From positions 1-25,926 of the forward strand of contig JBDRGJ010000028.1 in the NCBI GenBank assembly GCA_043817835.1: a stretch of 25,926 bases of DNA, written 5' to 3'. Below, in pieces: positions 17,463 to 22,900 of the stretch. How positions within the stretch are numbered: position 1 is the stretch's first letter; each line of letters opens with the position of its first letter. This DNA comes from a bacterium. GTDB lineage: Bacteria; Elusimicrobiota; Elusimicrobia; Elusimicrobiales; CAZFMJ01. A program made the position numbers and the translations under genes. Below the pieces are notes generated by a model. It made no database searches. It was given only the letters and a program-made list of their open reading frames with translations, and was not told the origin of the DNA.

Positions 17463-18168
17463 ATTTCCTTGAAACGATGCCCACGGTTATGGCAAAGGTG
17501 CCGAGTATGGCCCATGGCACGAAATTGTCTGCAAGCCACTTGGCGGTGACAGAGAAGGGCTTACGCGGCACAAAAATTATGTCTCCGGCGCTCAGCGTGA
17601 TGTCCCGGTCCATATCCCCGTCCAGCACAGCCTTGAAATTTACGGTAAAACTGCTGTTCTCATCCTGCCCCTGGCCTTTCTGTCGAAACACCTTTACCCG
17701 CGAGGTCCTTGCGTTGGCATCCAGGCCTCCGGCTTTGGCCACAAGGTCCAGAAGTTTCATACCGTCCCTGTAATCATATCCGCCAGGAGCGCGCACATCG
17801 CCGATGAGGAAGACCTGTCTTAAGGCGAACCTGCGCACATTCACGGTAATCTGCGGATTGGATATGAATTTGGACAGCCGCTGCGTAAGTTTTTCCTGAA
17901 TCTCCGAGGTGGTAAGATCTTTAACTGCCATGGAGCCGACCAGCGGCATTTCTATCGTTCCGTCCGGCTGCACCGTTATCTCCCTTGAAAATTCCTGCGC
18001 AGGAAAGACGTTTATGCTTATGATGTCCCCGACTGCCACGCGGTATTCCTTGGGCGCGTAAATGGCGGACATGGCTTCCGCGACCCCGGCCGGAATGAAT
18101 GGCATCTCCAGGGCGGCGGCAAGAACCGGATTGAAAGTTATTAGAAAACAGAGAAGGATCTTGATCAT
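17461..18168 (-). CDS. wza: Wza-like polysaccharide export (OPX) protein, Poly_export plus SLBB domains
   Basis: YRVAVGDIISINV...VQPDGTIEMPLVG; VFLIGDVRAPGGY; LSAGDIIFVP; start set at MIKILL (SD-like GGGG upstream). Confidence 0.88.
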   Translation of the reverse strand: MIKILLCFLITFNPVLAAALEMPFIPAGVAEAMSAIYAPKEYRVAVGDIISINVFPAQEFSREITVQPDGTIEMPLVGSMAVKDLTTSEIQEKLTQRLSKFISNPQITVNVRRFALRQVFLIGDVRAPGGYDYRDGMKLLDLVAKAGGLDANARTSRVKVFRQKGQGQDENSSFTVNFKAVLDGDMDRDITLSAGDIIFVPRKPFSVTAKWLADNFVPWAILGTFAITVGIVSRK

Positions 18169-18225
18169 GGTTTTACCCCGCATTAGTTGTGCTGCTGAAG
18201 ACCGGGCGACCTGGAAGCCGGCGGC

Positions 18226-18858
18226 TTAATTGCGGCCGGCAAGAGATTTTATTATAACCCTGAGTTCCTCTATTTTTTCTTCGAGCTCATCGGCGCGTTC
18301 GGACGAAAATTCCTTCCGGCCGGTTCCCTGTCCCAAAGATGCTGTTTTCTGCTCAAGCTGGCTTACCCGCCAGGAGAAATCCTGCAGTTTCCGGTCCAGC
18401 GCATCCGCAGTCGCGCCGGAAGAGACCGGCGATGAGAGAACGGTCCATGCGATGAGCCCGAGCGATGCGGCCAGCCCGGCCCCGCCCAGGAAAAGAAGAA
18501 AATGCATGGAGATAAGAGCGCCGATGATTACCGTTATCAATGAGACCAGCGAGGCCAGCAGTATTATTTCCTTCTGCTCGTCCCATCTGCCGCCGGTCTT
18601 TCTCTGTGAAGGATGCGGCGGCCTTTCTGTCGGGGCGGCGGCATCCCCGTGATTGCCGCTGCGCGCAGGCATGCGGGAGTCGTAAGGGGAAGAAGTCCCG
18701 GCAGGACCCCTTCGCGCGGGCTCGGAGGCGGCGGGCGGATATAATCCGGACGAATCCGCCAGCGGGCCGCTTTTTTCGTGGGATACCGGAACACCGTCTT
18801 TTTTTAAATCGTCCCTGAGGTCGTTCAGGATATCTTTCAGTTCGTCAATATCGGACAT
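18226..18858 (-). CDS. Hypothetical membrane protein: N-terminal helix, Pro-rich linker, two TM helices, C-terminal coiled coil
   Basis: IILLASLVSLITVIIGALISMHFLLFLGGAGLAASLGLIAWTVL; ADELEEKIEELRVIIKSL; ATG start at 18858 preferred to TTG 18876. Confidence 0.8.
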   Translation of the reverse strand: MSDIDELKDILNDLRDDLKKDGVPVSHEKSGPLADSSGLYPPAASEPARRGPAGTSSPYDSRMPARSGNHGDAAAPTERPPHPSQRKTGGRWDEQKEIILLASLVSLITVIIGALISMHFLLFLGGAGLAASLGLIAWTVLSSPVSSGATADALDRKLQDFSWRVSQLEQKTASLGQGTGRKEFSSERADELEEKIEELRVIIKSLAGRN

Positions 18859-18883
18859 GTTATTGATTACCGGCAACTGCTCA

Positions 18884-18933
18884 GGTTCAAGGTCCAGAGG
18901 TTCCGGAAAACCATGAACTGTGAACCTTGAACC
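18884..18933. repeat. Imperfect hairpin built of GGTTCAA-like 7-mers
   Basis: ggttcaaggt (18884-18893)/accttgaacc (18924-18933) perfect 10-bp arms. Confidence 0.6.
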
Positions 18934-18958
18934 GGGGACCTTCTACAGCCTGTTCCCC

Positions 18959-19738
18959 TTACGTGTCCCTGGTTGTATTGATGCCTTTCTTGAGGCGTCT
19001 TTCCCACTGGTCAAGCTCCTTTTCCCTGTCCTGCATGGACCGCTCCTTGTCTGACAGGAGAGCGGCCCTGTCCTCCAGGCCTTTGCGTATCTTTTCAAAC
19101 GTCCGTAAAAGCTCGGTTTTTTTCGCGGCGAATTCGGCCGTCATGGTTTTTTCTCTTGTCTCCACATGGGCAAGACGGTCCCGGTGCTGTTTTTCCGCGG
19201 CCCGGGTCTTTTCCTCCATGGACTTGCGCATGGTTTCCCAGAAAGACGACATTTCCTTCTCCTTGCGGTTCAGGTCTTCGTACATCTCCCGGATCGATTC
19301 CGCGTGCCTTGAGTTGAACTCGGTCTCCGTCCTGAGCAGCTTTTCCCGCAGGTTTTCCATGTCGGCTTCCCTGTCGTCCAGGGCTTTCAGCAGCTCTTCC
19401 GCCCTGCTCTTTTTGGCGCGAAGCTCTTCCACCATCTTTGCCTCGCGCCCGGCGTAATCGCCGATGGTCTCTTCCAGGCCGGCGGATTTTTTTTCATATT
19501 CCTTTTTCAGCTTCTCCGAAACAAGATGTACCTGCTCTTTGAACAGCTTGTCCCCCTCCGGCATCAGCCGGCCCAGCGATGACAGCTCCCCTCGGAATTC
19601 TTCTATGATGACCTGCAGCGGGACGGCCGCCGGGTTGTCATCTTTCCAGAGCTGTTCGCACAGCGCGGTGAGCCGTTCCCACAGCTCGTTGACGCGGGCT
19701 GACTGGTGCGTTTTCGCCTCGGGAGCGGTATCTTTCAT
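18959..19738 (-). CDS. Hypothetical coiled-coil protein (259 aa)
   Basis: E/K/R-rich, proline-free after residue 60, no TM segment; co-oriented with neighbours. Confidence 0.85.
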   Translation of the reverse strand: MKDTAPEAKTHQSARVNELWERLTALCEQLWKDDNPAAVPLQVIIEEFRGELSSLGRLMPEGDKLFKEQVHLVSEKLKKEYEKKSAGLEETIGDYAGREAKMVEELRAKKSRAEELLKALDDREADMENLREKLLRTETEFNSRHAESIREMYEDLNRKEKEMSSFWETMRKSMEEKTRAAEKQHRDRLAHVETREKTMTAEFAAKKTELLRTFEKIRKGLEDRAALLSDKERSMQDREKELDQWERRLKKGINTTRDT

Positions 19739-19746
19739 AAGCGTAT

Positions 19747-19752
19747 ATTATA
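19747..19752 (-). promoter_or_regulatory. Possible -10 box (TATAAT) 8 nt before the ATG at 19738, possible leaderless start
   Basis: Perfect TATAAT and no SD, but no convincing -35. Confidence 0.35.
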
Positions 19753-19976
19753 TCCCTTTTATAGGGATTGGGTAGAGGGTATACACCCTCTGCAAGCCGG
19801 AGGCCCTGTTCCGGGTGCGGCCAAAGGCCGGGGTTCAGGGTAGAACAACATGCTTTATCCCGTATCCTTGTTGTTAGCCTAATCTCCTGTTCGCCTGTCC
19901 TCTGGACGCCCCGTTTCAGGCCGCTCGATTCTATCGCACTTTCAGGCTATGCCGCTTTGAAAGTGCTGGCGGCATA
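19752..19976. other. Hairpin-dense intergenic spacer
   Basis: Stems at 19752-68, 19772-93, 19804-40 (with 19818-30), 19844-75, 19893-921, plus interleaved repeats at 19936-76. Confidence 0.55.
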
Positions 19977-22900
19977 TTACCGGGGTTTAGCTTTATTCTT
20001 ATATTCCAGTATTGTCCTGTTGAGTTCGTCCCGGAGCTTCTCTATGCGCGCCTGCTTTTCTTCGTGAACCGTCTGGGCCGCGCGCCGGGCTGATATCCAT
20101 TCCTGCTCCCGCCTGCGCAGCTCTTCCTCCTTGCCGAGCCACTGCTCCTCCCTGGCCCGCGTGGCTTCTTCCATCTGGACGAGCCTGGCGTTAAGCGACG
20201 TTTCCAGGTTGTCCAGCTCCTGCCGCCTGCGCTCAAGTCCCCCCAGAAGCCCCGCTTTTTCCTTTCCAACGGCATTTTCCTTTTCCTCCAGTGCGGCCCT
20301 GCGTCCGGCCAGATGCTCATCCGCCTGATTGAGCTTCAGCCGGTACTCCTGCTCCAGTTCGCTTATTCTTTTCATCTGCCGTTCTTCCAGTTCGCGCTGG
20401 CGGGCTTGGAAATCCTCCATGGATTTCTTGTAGGCTGCCGCCTGTTCGGCCATCCTGTCGGCAAGCAGCCTGGACGAATCCTGCGTTGTCCCGGTCATTC
20501 TTTCACCCAGCTCCATTATCCGCGAGCGGGCATCCTCAAGCTGCTTGTCCCTGCGGTCCAGCTCTTCGAAGAGCCTTGCCTTTTCCGATTCCCGGGACTG
20601 CTCCGTTGCCTTGGCTCTTGCGTTGAGGGCTGCTTCCAGGTTGACCAGTTCAAGCCTTCTGCGCTCGAATCCGTCCAGAAGCTCCGCTTTTTCCTTATCC
20701 ACGGCTTTCTCCTTCTCCTCCAGCTCGGCCCTGCGCCTGGCCATAAGCTCGTCGGCGCGGTCGAACCTGGATTTGTATGTCTGCTCCAGTTCGCGCTGGC
20801 GGGCCTGGAACTCCTCCATGGATTTTCTGTATGCGGTCTCCTGCCCGGCCATCCTGCCGGCAAGCATTCTGGACGACTCCTGCGTTGTTTCGGCCATCAT
20901 GGCGCCCAGTTCCACTATCCTGGAGCGGGCTTCTTCAAGCTGTTTGTCCCTGCGGGCCAACTCCTCCGTAAACCTTGTTTTTTCCGACTCCCAGGCCTGC
21001 TCCGCGGCCCTGACTCTTGCGCCGATTTCGTCATCTCCTGTACGGGACCGGGCCCGTGCTTTTTCGGCAAGTTCGGTCTTGAGCTTCCGGTATTCCGCTT
21101 CCGAGCGCTCCGTCCGCTCCAGCCATTCCCTTTCGAGCTGCAGCCTGCGGTCCTCCAGGGCTTTTGACCCCTCCGCATAGGCGGCTTCCCACCGCGCCAG
21201 GTTTTCAGCCGCGGCCATATTGTCGTCCGTGGTCTTGGCTGCAAGCAGGGATTCCAGTTCGAATATCCGGGCCTGCAGGCGGGAGACGGCCTCTTCCCGG
21301 CGGGCGGTATCCGCCTCGCGTTCGCTCTGGCGGGAGGCTTCCAGCTCCGTTTTCGCGGCCAGCAGTTCGGCGGCGTGCGTTTTCTGCTCCTCCAGCAGCT
21401 TATGTCCCATCTCAGAGGCTCTTGCGGACGCGGCTTCGGTCCTGGCGCGGGAGTTTTTAAGCTCATCCTTCAGCTTTTGCGCCTCCTCCTCTGCCCGGGC
21501 CTGAGCCGCGGCGTTATTGCGCTCAAGTTCCTGGCGGCGATTTTCATGCTTTTCCGCCAGTTCTCTTTCGGCCGATTCCATCACCGCCGCGCAGGCCTCT
21601 TTTTCATTTCTTGTCTTGACGATATCCATCCTGCGAAGTTCCTGCTCTTTCTGCCTGTAAAGCTCCTCAATCCGCGCTTTCTCCTCGTCAAGCGCCTGCT
21701 GCCGGGCCCTGAAATCCTCGTTAAGCGCGGCCTTGTGGGCCTGGACTTCGTCCTGGGCCCGGGCCCGGACGGACTGAAGCTCGTTTTCCAGATGGGCCTT
21801 GCGCTCCCGGTATTCCTTTTCAATTTCCGCCGATTTTTTCGCAAGCGTGTCATGCTCGAGCGCGCGCAGCTTCTCCGACCACTGGTTTTCCCGGGCAGCC
21901 ATCTCGTTTTTGAGGCCGGTTATGGTCTTCTCGCCGTTCCGGAGCTCCTTTATAAGGGACTCTTTATGTTCCAGATATTCCTTTTCAATTTCCGCCGATT
22001 TTTTTGCAAGCGTGTCATGCTCGAACGCGCGCAGCTTGCCGGGCCACTCAAGCTCCATGCCTGCTATCTTTTCTTTGGCGGCTTCCGCCTCCGCATCCTT
22101 TTTTCTGAGTTCGGACAGTAAATCTTCTATTTCAGATTTGTGATTCAGCTCTGTCTCGGCCTGCCGCTGTTCCCATTCGTTTTTCAATTCGGAAGACTGC
22201 GTAAGAAGCCTGTGCCTGACATCGTCCAGTTCCGAGCTGAGCGCGCGCAGACTCTCTTCCCTGGCGCCCACCGCGGCCCAAAGCTGCTTCCTTTCCTTAT
22301 CAAACCCGTCGCTCCGGGCCTGCAAATCGGCCTCGTACTCCGCGACGCGCTCACGAAACATCTTTTCGTATTTTATGGAAAGTTCGGCCTCCAGCTTTTC
22401 AAGTGCGCGCATGTGTCTGGAGCTCTCTTCGTCCTTGTTGTTGAGCGCAATCTCGAATTCGCGTCTTTCCTCGGCCATCGACTGCTGCTGCGTCTCAAGG
22501 CTTTGAAGCATTTCGGCCCGCGACCGCTTGAGCTCCGCGTCAAGCTGCTCATGCCTGGCCTTAAGCCTGGATTCAAGTTCCGCGCGATGGGATTCATATG
22601 CGGCTTCAAGTTCCGCCGTCTTTCGGGTCAGGGTATCCTGCTCCAGAACGCGCAGCTTTTCCGACCAATGGTTTTCAAGGGCCGCCATTTCGTCTTTCAG
22701 AGAGATCATGGCGCTGTCCCGGCGCTGTATCTCCTTTATAAGGGTCTCTTTCTCATTTTCAGCCCCGGCTCTCAGCGCGGAGGCAAGTTTTTCCGTCTCC
22801 TCTTCAAACCCGGCTTTGGCACAGGCGGCCTCTGTCTTGAGCCTGTCTATCTCGACTCCGATATTCCCGACAGACTCCTCCCGCGCCGCTATCTCCGAGC

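Noticed and set aside
19739-19976. c-di-GMP riboswitch, SRP RNA or tRNA in the structured spacer
   Set aside because: Conserved sequence motifs of those families were not found by eye on either strand
19947-19979. Stop-codon readthrough or frameshift fusing the giant gene to the 259-aa gene through the downstream structure
   Set aside because: In-frame readthrough meets TAG after nine codons and there is no canonical slippery heptamer before the stop
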